Shown here: positions 1-7,946 of the stretch, piece after piece
Layout of the letters: each line of letters starts with the position of its first letter
Numbering within the stretch: position 1 is the stretch's first letter
NCBI GenBank assembly: GCA_963714425.1
Contig: CAVQOI010000014.1
Coordinates: 50,252-114,251, forward strand
DNA: 64,000 nt
Reading direction: 5' to 3'
Origin: an uncultured Chloroflexia bacterium
GTDB lineage: Bacteria > Chloroflexota > Anaerolineae > Anaerolineales > UBA4823
Program-made: the position numbers and the translations under genes
The notes under the pieces: model-generated
Seen by the model: only the letters and a program-made list of their open reading frames with translations
Databases searched by the model: none
Told to the model about the DNA's origin: nothing

Positions 1-722
1 GGCGGTATCGTGTAAGGGACAGACCCTGACCCTGCGATCACCGGCAAGAACACCTTCTCAGGTCCATTCCCAGGACTTGTTGCGTCCGGCTCAACATCAA
101 TCCGAAGCAACTTCCCGAGCAGCACACCAGGGTTCTCTGCGTTGTCGTCAGGATCGTCGCCCCCACCCCCATCACCGGTGCCGATATACAAGTATTCATC
201 AGGTCCAAAGAAGAGCTGACCGCCATTATGGTTGGTTTCTCCAGGATGTGGGATGATCAGGATCAGATCCTCCTTGTCGGGATCGGCGATATTCGCATCG
301 GCAGTGAGATAAAACCGAGATATCCGGATGTCACTGTTCAGGTTGGTGTAGTAGACGTAGAAATGGTTTTTGCCGGATCCGTAACCCGGAGGAAAAGCGA
401 TGCTCAGCAGGCCTTCTTCACCACCGGCTCCAGGGTCGCCGGGTGCGCGAACGCGCCCACGGATATCCAGGAATGGTGTATTTACCAGGATTCCGTTCTG
501 TAGGATACGCACACGCCCGCCTTGTTCTACGACAAATTGCCGCCCGCTGCCATCGCCGGCATGGGTGATGTGAACAGGTGAGCTCAGTCCATTTTCAATC
601 AGCACCAAGGAAACGCTGGCAGGCCAATCGAGATTTGTACTCGCTTCCGATCGCAACCCCCTGAAAGCAGTCAAAGCAGTGAGAACTACAATAAAAATAC
701 CAGTCCAACGAATAATACGCAT
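1..722 (-). CDS. PQQ-dependent sugar dehydrogenase (glucose/sorbosone dehydrogenase family), secreted; runs off the window edge
   Basis: Absent from the ORF track. Manual translation from ATG 722 (GAGGTG RBS) is open to base 1: signal peptide MRIIRWTGIFIVVLTA, GGEEGLLSIAF, NHNGGQLFFGPDEYLYIGTGDGG, GKLLRIDV, PYTIP. Confidence 0.85.
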   Translation of the reverse strand, partial: MRIIRWTGIFIVVLTALTAFRGLRSEASTNLDWPASVSLVLIENGLSSPVHITHAGDGSGRQFVVEQGGRVRILQNGILVNTPFLDIRGRVRAPGDPGAGGEEGLLSIAFPPGYGSGKNHFYVYYTNLNSDIRISRFYLTADANIADPDKEDLILIIPHPGETNHNGGQLFFGPDEYLYIGTGDGGGGDDPDDNAENPGVLLGKLLRIDVEPDATSPGNGPEKVFLPVIAGSGSVPYTIP

Positions 723-825
723 GAATCACCTCTAACATAATGCGGAATAGACACAATCAGATCCGCTGAATATATTTATAAGAATACTTGAGCCCTCAGC
801 GATTTTGGGAATTCTATCTGAAGGA

Positions 826-1642
826 TCAGCCAGCTATGCTGATTATATCTGCTAAAATCGGCATCTGCTCAGCTATCACATCCGCATCAGTGCGCCCCAA
901 ATACTTGTCACCCACGCCGCCATATTCGAATGCCAGCAGCCATGGGGTGGGCCAATCACCCTGTTTTATACGCGTAAATGCCCATGAGAGCATACGAAAA
1001 TCACCGGAAATGGGCTGGACGATGGTCCTTGAGCTTGCCGTTAATCCAATCTAATCCTGTAAAATGCATCTCACGCATACTGTGCATTGGCAGCTCGGAC
1101 AAGTATTGATACTCATCGTAGCCAAGATAGCAGGCGGAGATGCGCGCATGAGAGAGATCTAGAAGGAAGCCACAGCCCGTCTCTTCAACGATTTGGCGGA
1201 TAACTCGTGGCTCCGTTGGTGGGCGTAAGATATCCTCGCTCTCACCGCGGTACGGGATGTTTTCAACGATGACACGCTCTTTCCCAATATGCGAGACGAC
1301 AGCCTGCACATCGGTGAGCAATTTTTCGAGAACGCGATTAGACTGGCGTTTCTTTGGGGCATGGACCGGGAATTTGGGGAAATCCACTCGCTCTGCACTG
1401 AGATGAAGATTGAGATACGGGGTGCGGGTTGCCTCCATAATGGCTTCGCAGCGCGCCCAATCCGTCGTGCGTAGGGACCTATTGGCCGTAAAAAGATCAA
1501 AATGCACAGCTACCTGGCAATTTCGACTGGCTTCTTCGATGATATCAGGCCAATCAGGCGTTTTAAACCGGTCGACGCTGAGCTTTCCTTGAGAGAGAAG
1601 CGAAGCTGCTTCATGCGAGTAATTAATTGCTAGCTGGATCAT
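826..1642 (-). pseudogene. DUF692 / multinuclear non-heme iron oxidase family protein with an apparent frameshift near 1021
   Basis: ORF 1001-1642 has NLHLS, VENIP, LLDLSHA, EMHFTG and DH motifs, then stops. The adjacent frame 1020-826 reads VQPISGDFRMLSWAF...PWLLAFEYGGVG...VIAEQMP, supplying the expected final FEY strand. Confidence 0.7.
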
Positions 1643-1656
1643 GTATGGTTATAGGT

Positions 1657-2799
1657 TTAGGGACAGGCGTTGGCAACGTGTTCTTCAAAAGTCTGGGCAA
1701 AGGCATGCCTGCCCGTGCCATCGCAAGCAGCACGGAAATAGTAAAACGTACTGCTGGCAGGAAATGACACCGCACGCAGAGCCGCTATACCGGGGCTGGA
1801 GATCGGTCCGGGTGGGAAGCCTGTGAATTTATAGGTATTATATGCTGAGTCAACCTTCAGATTCTCGAGAGAGAGTGGGTTTGTCCACCACGTATTTTGT
1901 GCTACGTTGAATCCCAAAGCATATTGAACGGTCGGATCGGAGTCCAGTTTCATCCCAACGGCAATGCGATTGTAAAACACTGAAGCAATGAGCGGCATCT
2001 CTTCATCCTGTACGGCTTCACGCTCGATGATGGACGCAAGAGTTACTGCCTGATAAATATTCAATCCCTGGCTTTCAATTCCTGATTGCAACTCCGGTGA
2101 GTGATTTGACTCAAAATTATCAAGCGTCGTGCGGATGAATCCCTCCAATGTGAGCGTACGCGAAATTATGTAAGTATCCGGAAACAAGAAGCCCTCGAGC
2201 GTGCCGTTTGTTGGTAGAAACTCAGAAAACGAATAACCGTCACGAGGGATGCTGACTGAAGCCAAAAAATCTTCAGCACTGATATCTAAACCCGATGTGG
2301 GCAGCGAAGCAGCGATCTCCTCTAGTCGCCACCCTGCCAGAATCCTAAATGTAATCTGCGAAGGGGTGGAATCCTGCAGTTCGTGGGCAATCTCGACTGA
2401 ATTCATCGCTGGGCTGAGCTGGTAATCGCCTGCCTGGATGCTTGTATCCAGACCACTATAGAGCAGGAAGGTGCGGAAAGCATCAGGGCTGGATATCAGC
2501 CCTTCATTGTACATGCGCTGGATGAGTGAAGCAGTGGGTTCGCCCAACGCCACGGAGAATGTTCGTGAGATCCCGGTGGTATCCATTGGTCGGGTGAGTG
2601 ATTCTTCCTGCAAGATGAGCAACGTAGCGTAATAAATTCCCTCAGGGTAGGTCAGGTTGTTTGATGGTAGTCCGAAGGATTGGGCGGCGCGCCTGGGAAT
2701 TACCAGGGTTAGGTTTACAAGGATTAGAGCTAGTACGCATAATAAGAACAGAAGGAGCACGCTCAGGAATGCAATGAAAGGCGATCGTTGCTTTGTCAT
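1657..2799 (-). CDS. mltG: Endolytic peptidoglycan transglycosylase MltG
   Basis: N-terminal TM helix, LEGFLFPDTY, LASIIEREA, IASVFYNR, LDSDPTVQY, YNTY...GFPPGPISSPG. Confidence 0.93.
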   Translation of the reverse strand: MTKQRSPFIAFLSVLLLFLLCVLALILVNLTLVIPRRAAQSFGLPSNNLTYPEGIYYATLLILQEESLTRPMDTTGISRTFSVALGEPTASLIQRMYNEGLISSPDAFRTFLLYSGLDTSIQAGDYQLSPAMNSVEIAHELQDSTPSQITFRILAGWRLEEIAASLPTSGLDISAEDFLASVSIPRDGYSFSEFLPTNGTLEGFLFPDTYIISRTLTLEGFIRTTLDNFESNHSPELQSGIESQGLNIYQAVTLASIIEREAVQDEEMPLIASVFYNRIAVGMKLDSDPTVQYALGFNVAQNTWWTNPLSLENLKVDSAYNTYKFTGFPPGPISSPGIAALRAVSFPASSTFYYFRAACDGTGRHAFAQTFEEHVANACP

Positions 2800-3227
2800 T
2801 GCGAGATCTCTTCGGCACCAGAGTGAGAGTCGAGGTAGGTCTGCAAAATATACGTGGCGGCCAAATCGTCTATGTGCCCACTGCGTTTGTGCCGGGAAAC
2901 GCCTAGCTCTCTACGAGCCTGGCGAACCGCACGCGTACTGCCACTTTCATCCCACAGGACTACCTGCACAAGGGATTGCGTGCGGATGGCTGCCGCCAGG
3001 CGGGCGGATCGCCGGCTCTGAGGGGTGGGATCGCCATACTCGTCCAGAACCTGACCTACAACGATCAATTTGGCGCCATGCTCTCCCGCCAGGGCAGCAA
3101 TAGAAGCCGCGTCCACCAGGCGCGAGACGTGCTTCAACACTACAAACGGGTTGGCGATGGTGCCTGTAGGGTCGCTGAGAGCAATCCCGATATTCTTTTC
3201 CCCCGGATCGATAGCCATAATTCTCAT
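2796..3227 (-). CDS. ruvX: YqgF/RuvX RNase H-like nuclease (pre-16S rRNA nuclease)
   Basis: MRIMAIDPGEKNIGIALSD, WDESGST, IDDLAA; ATGA overlaps with both neighbours support the 3227 start. Confidence 0.9.
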   Translation of the reverse strand: MRIMAIDPGEKNIGIALSDPTGTIANPFVVLKHVSRLVDAASIAALAGEHGAKLIVVGQVLDEYGDPTPQSRRSARLAAAIRTQSLVQVVLWDESGSTRAVRQARRELGVSRHKRSGHIDDLAATYILQTYLDSHSGAEEISQ

Positions 3228-4735
3228 AGCACTACTGTTATCCTGAAGGGTAGGATGGGTAAGCGCGGCCACCATGCCGGTGTGACCCGGATGACAGGTT
3301 GGCTTGTCAGTGGATATTTTCCTTCAAGAAGTTGGCGAGCTTCTTGGGTGGGTGAGCCGAGCACCAGATTGATTGCTTGTGCAATGGGTATGCTGGCTTG
3401 CAGACTGCGCTGCGCCTTCACCTGCCAGACTGCCACATTCGGATTCTCCATTTTGGGCGGCGTTACCTGCTCAATGACCAGCGTCTCTACCTGAGCGAGA
3501 TAGCCATCGGGTAAGTTCGCGTCTAACAGCACGTTAGCAAGGGTTTCCAGAGTCCGCCGGTTGGTGCGGAGGGCTGAATATTCCAGGCGTAGATTTAATA
3601 ACACTTCTCCGGAAGGTTGTTCATCTGCAGGCAGGTAGGCGATATCTAATACCTGTGTCAAGGTAAGTGTAGGAGTAAACATGAGATCCCCAGGAGCAAG
3701 CTGCGATTGAAGCTCTCTAAGAGCAGTGTCTTGCAGTGCCGATTCGAGGTGTTGGTACAAGATTTCTCGGTCGCTCTTGGTAGGCGCAGGTAGCTGCCGA
3801 TTTGCACCGCCGCGCATTCGCTCGGGATTAGTCGCAGACAGGCTCAATCCCAGGCTGCCCTCTATGGCGATCAAGGTGTTGGGAGCCAGGTTCCCGCTGG
3901 TACCAGGCGTAAGGGCGCTTGCTTCCAAAGTTTCCGTGATTCCTGGCCCTGCGTCGATGATCCCTCCCTGGAGAGTCGCAAAGCGAATAAGCGGCTCTTC
4001 CAACGTACGTACCACCAAACCCTCGGGAATCTCAACCGACTTATCGCTCAGGTTCGTAAACACGATTGATCCCGTAGCCGCCTGGTCGGGGACTTGGCTG
4101 GTACCGCTGGACTGACGACTCTCACGTCCCTCAACGATGACAGTCACTGCCCGGGCAGGTATTATGCCTGCCAGGTTGATATTCTCCTGGGTGGCACTGG
4201 CGCGTACCGTCAGGGTCAATTCCTGGGATGTGGTTCGAGGCTGCAGGTGAACTTCTGCGCCGGGCAGTAATACAGCTGCCAGAGATAGCACGGCGAGTAC
4301 ACCCAGCGTAAAGATTCCCACTCTTGCAGCTGGTTGCGATGACCAGCCTGTGTGGGTTTGTTTAGCAGCAAGGCGCAATGCCTGCAGTTCATCTGAGTCG
4401 CGCGCAGGTTGGAGCTGCAGCTTTGGCTTGTGTTGGATGCGCCTGCGCCGCTCGACCCTCCAATGGGCGCTCTGGGCCTGGCGCAGGCTCTTAAACACCG
4501 GAATTGAGAGAAAACGAGCGTTGAACCGCACGACTGGGTCGCCAGTCACCAAGGCTAATTGGGCACCCAACGCCGCACTGTGCCGTTGCAGCACGACCAA
4601 GTCGACACGGCGGCGCAACACCCGGGCGCGCTGTGGCCAAACGAGCAAGATTCGGCCTGTCTGACCCCAGTTCATCTTATCGCGGGTGGAGATCACGTCG
4701 TCGTGCTCATCCAGTTGCAGAATCTGCGTTTTCAT
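3224..4735 (-). CDS. Single-pass membrane protein with a baseplate J/gp47-like extracytoplasmic region
   Basis: Cytoplasmic N-domain, TM helix (GIFTLGVLAVLSLAAVLLP), then ATGSIVFTN...IPEGLVV...FAT...A.TPGTSGN...TNP..MRGG as in baseplate J-like proteins. Confidence 0.7.
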   Translation of the reverse strand: MKTQILQLDEHDDVISTRDKMNWGQTGRILLVWPQRARVLRRRVDLVVLQRHSAALGAQLALVTGDPVVRFNARFLSIPVFKSLRQAQSAHWRVERRRRIQHKPKLQLQPARDSDELQALRLAAKQTHTGWSSQPAARVGIFTLGVLAVLSLAAVLLPGAEVHLQPRTTSQELTLTVRASATQENINLAGIIPARAVTVIVEGRESRQSSGTSQVPDQAATGSIVFTNLSDKSVEIPEGLVVRTLEEPLIRFATLQGGIIDAGPGITETLEASALTPGTSGNLAPNTLIAIEGSLGLSLSATNPERMRGGANRQLPAPTKSDREILYQHLESALQDTALRELQSQLAPGDLMFTPTLTLTQVLDIAYLPADEQPSGEVLLNLRLEYSALRTNRRTLETLANVLLDANLPDGYLAQVETLVIEQVTPPKMENPNVAVWQVKAQRSLQASIPIAQAINLVLGSPTQEARQLLEGKYPLTSQPVIRVTPAWWPRLPILPFRITVVL

Positions 4736-4744
4736 TGAATCGCC

Positions 4745-6283
4745 TTATTGCTCACAACCAGGGCGACCATTCGGTATCATGGTGAAGTCGAATGGGTCTG
4801 AATAAACTGAATAATAGCTGATATCTTCTAATTGCTCAAATTTACCATTGAAGTATTGATTGAAGATCACCCGGAATGAGTTAACCGGGGATATGTTCGC
4901 GTACAATATCTCGATTCCAGCATCGGGGAGAAAATAAGCATTAAAAATGCTCGTGCGCGAGTTAGGCTTGCTGCCAATCGATCCGTGATCGCCTTGCAGG
5001 ATGATCACAGGGGGTGTGCTTGAGCTAGCAATCATGTATGGTAGCAGCTCGAGCAAACGCTTATTCAGATATGTGACCTGGTCGCGATATCCCTCTGCGT
5101 ATTCTTTATCAAAGTCAGTAAAATCGCCATCGGCACTGAAGACATACGGAGGGTGGGGGATTACCAGGTGAGCAAAGACAAACTTAGGACCAGGCTTCGA
5201 GGGAAGCTCACGCAATTGTTCGAGATCGAATAAGATCAAATCACGGTGTATCCGGCGTGGGTTATTCAGGTCAGGTTGTAAGAATTTTGGGATCACAACA
5301 GCACCATCGGCAAACAGCAATGCTGCCAACTCCCGGAGCAACAGCACTTCAAAACTGTTCGGGCCTCCAGCGATTTGGCTGGCGTGGAAGAAATCTGAAT
5401 TTGGCGAGAGATAGATATCAGCATCTTCCAATTGCGTGCCTTTGAAGCCGGTCTCAAAAGCGACGATCTTATACCCTAGACTTTCAAGGGCTCGCCTGAC
5501 CGCGCTACGACGGATCAAGTCCTCAAGGCCGACGCGGGTTTTTAGTTCTGGCGAGTATGCTGGGTTGAGAACTTGCAGGTAATTCAAGTTCAAGGTAGAA
5601 GCCAGAGACAGCTGAGTTTGGGCATAATTGCTCTGGCTGCACCTGGCTATGTAGAACCCCATGGCTTCAAGCTGGCTCAGAAAAGAAGAGTTATCCAGGT
5701 CGAACTCACTCTGCAACACGTCATCCCGTGCATATGCATCCAACACAATATAGTATATATCCGGTGGAACCTCGTCTGAACGGAATTCCAATCCCATGAG
5801 ACTGACCTGGCTTTCGCTTGCTGCAACAGACGATAATGATCTTGCTGCGAATGTGCCCATCTGGCCAAGGGGAAGCACGAGCGCAATCACGCCGACTATG
5901 TTCAGAAACCGATTCCACGAGTCAAGCGGGCGATTCGAACGGAAAATTAGTAAACATCCCAAGATAAATATCAGAAGCCAGATCGGAGCCAACAGGCGAT
6001 GCCTTCCCAGATTGACGGCAAGGGAGGGATGGGTCTCAAGGTAAGTATAAATATGACCGTACGAGAAGAACAACACCATTGTTAATGTAGTGATCAACCC
6101 AGCTTTTAGCCGGCTTTTTACCATAAGGCTGAGACTGATGAACATCCCTGTAGCGATTAGCAGGGCAATGACTAACGCTCGAATCGATACGACCACCTTT
6201 ATCTCTTCAATATTGTGGGCTAGCAATGCAATTACCGGATAAATAGCAAAGAGAAATGGGTGAATTACGGTTGGTCTGCGCAT
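4745..6283 (-). CDS. Membrane-bound alkaline phosphatase/sulfatase-superfamily enzyme (LtaS/EptA-like architecture)
   Basis: About 5 N-terminal TM helices, DIYYIVLDAY, SNYAQT (Thr, no CxPxR), HLVIPHPPY, LQGDHG. Confidence 0.75.
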   Translation of the reverse strand: MRRPTVIHPFLFAIYPVIALLAHNIEEIKVVVSIRALVIALLIATGMFISLSLMVKSRLKAGLITTLTMVLFFSYGHIYTYLETHPSLAVNLGRHRLLAPIWLLIFILGCLLIFRSNRPLDSWNRFLNIVGVIALVLPLGQMGTFAARSLSSVAASESQVSLMGLEFRSDEVPPDIYYIVLDAYARDDVLQSEFDLDNSSFLSQLEAMGFYIARCSQSNYAQTQLSLASTLNLNYLQVLNPAYSPELKTRVGLEDLIRRSAVRRALESLGYKIVAFETGFKGTQLEDADIYLSPNSDFFHASQIAGGPNSFEVLLLRELAALLFADGAVVIPKFLQPDLNNPRRIHRDLILFDLEQLRELPSKPGPKFVFAHLVIPHPPYVFSADGDFTDFDKEYAEGYRDQVTYLNKRLLELLPYMIASSSTPPVIILQGDHGSIGSKPNSRTSIFNAYFLPDAGIEILYANISPVNSFRVIFNQYFNGKFEQLEDISYYSVYSDPFDFTMIPNGRPGCEQ

Positions 6284-7665
6284 TAACCTCGCACCTGCAT
6301 CAGGTAAAGAATGCGCTCGGAATCGCGAATGGTTTCAAGCTTGATGATATTGTAGTGATCACCGAACGCCCTCTCAAAGTGACCCTGAGAATAGTCGGCG
6401 AAGATATCTTCCCGGGACGCAAGCAATCTCTGCACTTGCGAGTCGCTCTTTGGAACGAACTCGATGATCAACCATTGCGCCAGGTTGCGAAAATAAGAAG
6501 ACACGCGGTCGAGGGGGAGATTATTTGCGATCGCCAGATGGTGGATCAATGCCAGCGCCATGACGGCATCAACCGGCCCACGCGCCTCCATCGATCGACG
6601 CTCACGATTTGCCCAGCCAATCCCTGGGCTCGGGTTGGACAAATCCAGGAGCAGCGGGAGAAGATTTGTCTCTCCGGATTTGCGGCATTCCAAGTAGTTT
6701 GTCTCGACTGCTCCTGGATCCATATCAAAAGCGACAGTCAAAGCACCCATCTGGCTTGAGACGCGGCTGAAAAAGCCCGTATTTGCTCCCAGGTCCCAAA
6801 CTCTGCCGGGCTTAATAATGGTCAGGTAATCTCCAACCAGTGTTTTTTTGTGATCCAATCCGGCGGGGGTGTAGTTTGTCTCTGAGTAATAATTCCCCCA
6901 ATCCGTTCCCTGAGCAGACCATTTAAGCCCGCGTACCGCGCTCTCCAGGCTGTCGATCCAACCTAATAGACTGTTCATGCCCATACTTCTGCCAGCTGGC
7001 AATTCTTTGGCAGCATACCGTTTTTGAGAAGCTGCGTGCATGTGGATGTGCAACTGCAATGGCCAGCTCAGGCGGGTTCTCCAGGGGAGCAACCTGCTGG
7101 CTAAATCCAACGGAATCCCATCGATGAAGTCTCGCAGTAACAACCCCAGACGCACATCGCGCGAAGCCATCAAGCTGAGCGGCGCGAGGAAATGTTGGCA
7201 GAACTGCCTGTACGCCACCCATGGCTGGCCTTGATTGTAAATTTCGAAGGATAGTGTGTCGATCAGCACCGGCTTCCCATGGTGGAATTGGATATTGTAT
7301 GCGCTACTATCCTTCAGGCTCATCCCCCGCTGCAATGCCCACTTCTGGATTGCCAGAGTCAACAGCGCGGAATCTTTTAGCTGGCTGAAACTCCACTCAT
7401 AAGGATAGGAAATAAAGTCGACGAGTTCTGGACGGATCACCTTCCAGGCGTTGGATGGATCGAGGGGAGGTGTATCTACTTCCTCATGACGGATGAGCAG
7501 TCCAGCCTCAGTCAACTCGTGGTAAAGGCCGGAGTCGTGCAGACGTGTGTAATGCTCCTGGTACTTTCGGTTTACCTGGCGATAGAGGACCGCGTCTCGG
7601 GTGAAAAGCTGTCCGCTTGGGTCACGAAAAGAGGCCTCAACCGGCTCATCCATACCAAAGGTCAT
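6283..7665 (-). CDS. NoeA-like protein: kinase-like N-domain plus class I SAM methyltransferase
   Basis: SFRDPSG, ISYPYEWSF, LKDSSAYNIQF...VLIDTLSF; C-terminal VWDLGANTG, AFDMD, ALALIHHL, LIIEFVP. Confidence 0.8.
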   Translation of the reverse strand: MTFGMDEPVEASFRDPSGQLFTRDAVLYRQVNRKYQEHYTRLHDSGLYHELTEAGLLIRHEEVDTPPLDPSNAWKVIRPELVDFISYPYEWSFSQLKDSALLTLAIQKWALQRGMSLKDSSAYNIQFHHGKPVLIDTLSFEIYNQGQPWVAYRQFCQHFLAPLSLMASRDVRLGLLLRDFIDGIPLDLASRLLPWRTRLSWPLQLHIHMHAASQKRYAAKELPAGRSMGMNSLLGWIDSLESAVRGLKWSAQGTDWGNYYSETNYTPAGLDHKKTLVGDYLTIIKPGRVWDLGANTGFFSRVSSQMGALTVAFDMDPGAVETNYLECRKSGETNLLPLLLDLSNPSPGIGWANRERRSMEARGPVDAVMALALIHHLAIANNLPLDRVSSYFRNLAQWLIIEFVPKSDSQVQRLLASREDIFADYSQGHFERAFGDHYNIIKLETIRDSERILYLMQVRG

Positions 7666-7880
7666 TCTTCTTTGCCAGAGCCGTTACGAGTGAAAAGTTT
7701 GCGGAAGAAATCTGTAATCTTCTTCCAATAGCTTTTGAGAATGAAGAGGCTGCCAACCAACGCGGCGAGTAGTAGCTGCAGGATAAAACTGCCTGACCCA
7801 GGATCAAGGTAAGCGTGCCCGCTTTTCGCGGGTGCCGAGAGAAGGTTAGCTATCGTGGCGATGAATTCAATTTGGTGCAT
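7662..7880 (-). CDS. Small single-TM membrane protein with AYLDPGSGS motif
   Basis: 72 aa: HAYLDPGSGSFILQ, hydrophobic helix, basic amphipathic WKKITDFFRKLF; its stop overlaps the next ATG (ATGA). Confidence 0.75.
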   Translation of the reverse strand: MHQIEFIATIANLLSAPAKSGHAYLDPGSGSFILQLLLAALVGSLFILKSYWKKITDFFRKLFTRNGSGKEE

Positions 7881-7946
7881 TGGATTTGACTCGCTTTTCT
7901 ATTCGTAAAGAAGACCGATACTCATTCGCAATTATGGTGGGGTTGC

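Noticed and set aside
3224..4735. Prophage, tailocin or eCIS locus suggested by the baseplate-J-like gene
   Set aside because: No sheath, tube, spike, capsid, terminase or integrase genes in the window; the protein has a TM anchor.
7662..7880. Small peptide as RiPP precursor for the DUF692 enzyme
   Set aside because: It has no Cys, has TM character, lies 6 kb away and is coupled to the kinase-MTase instead.
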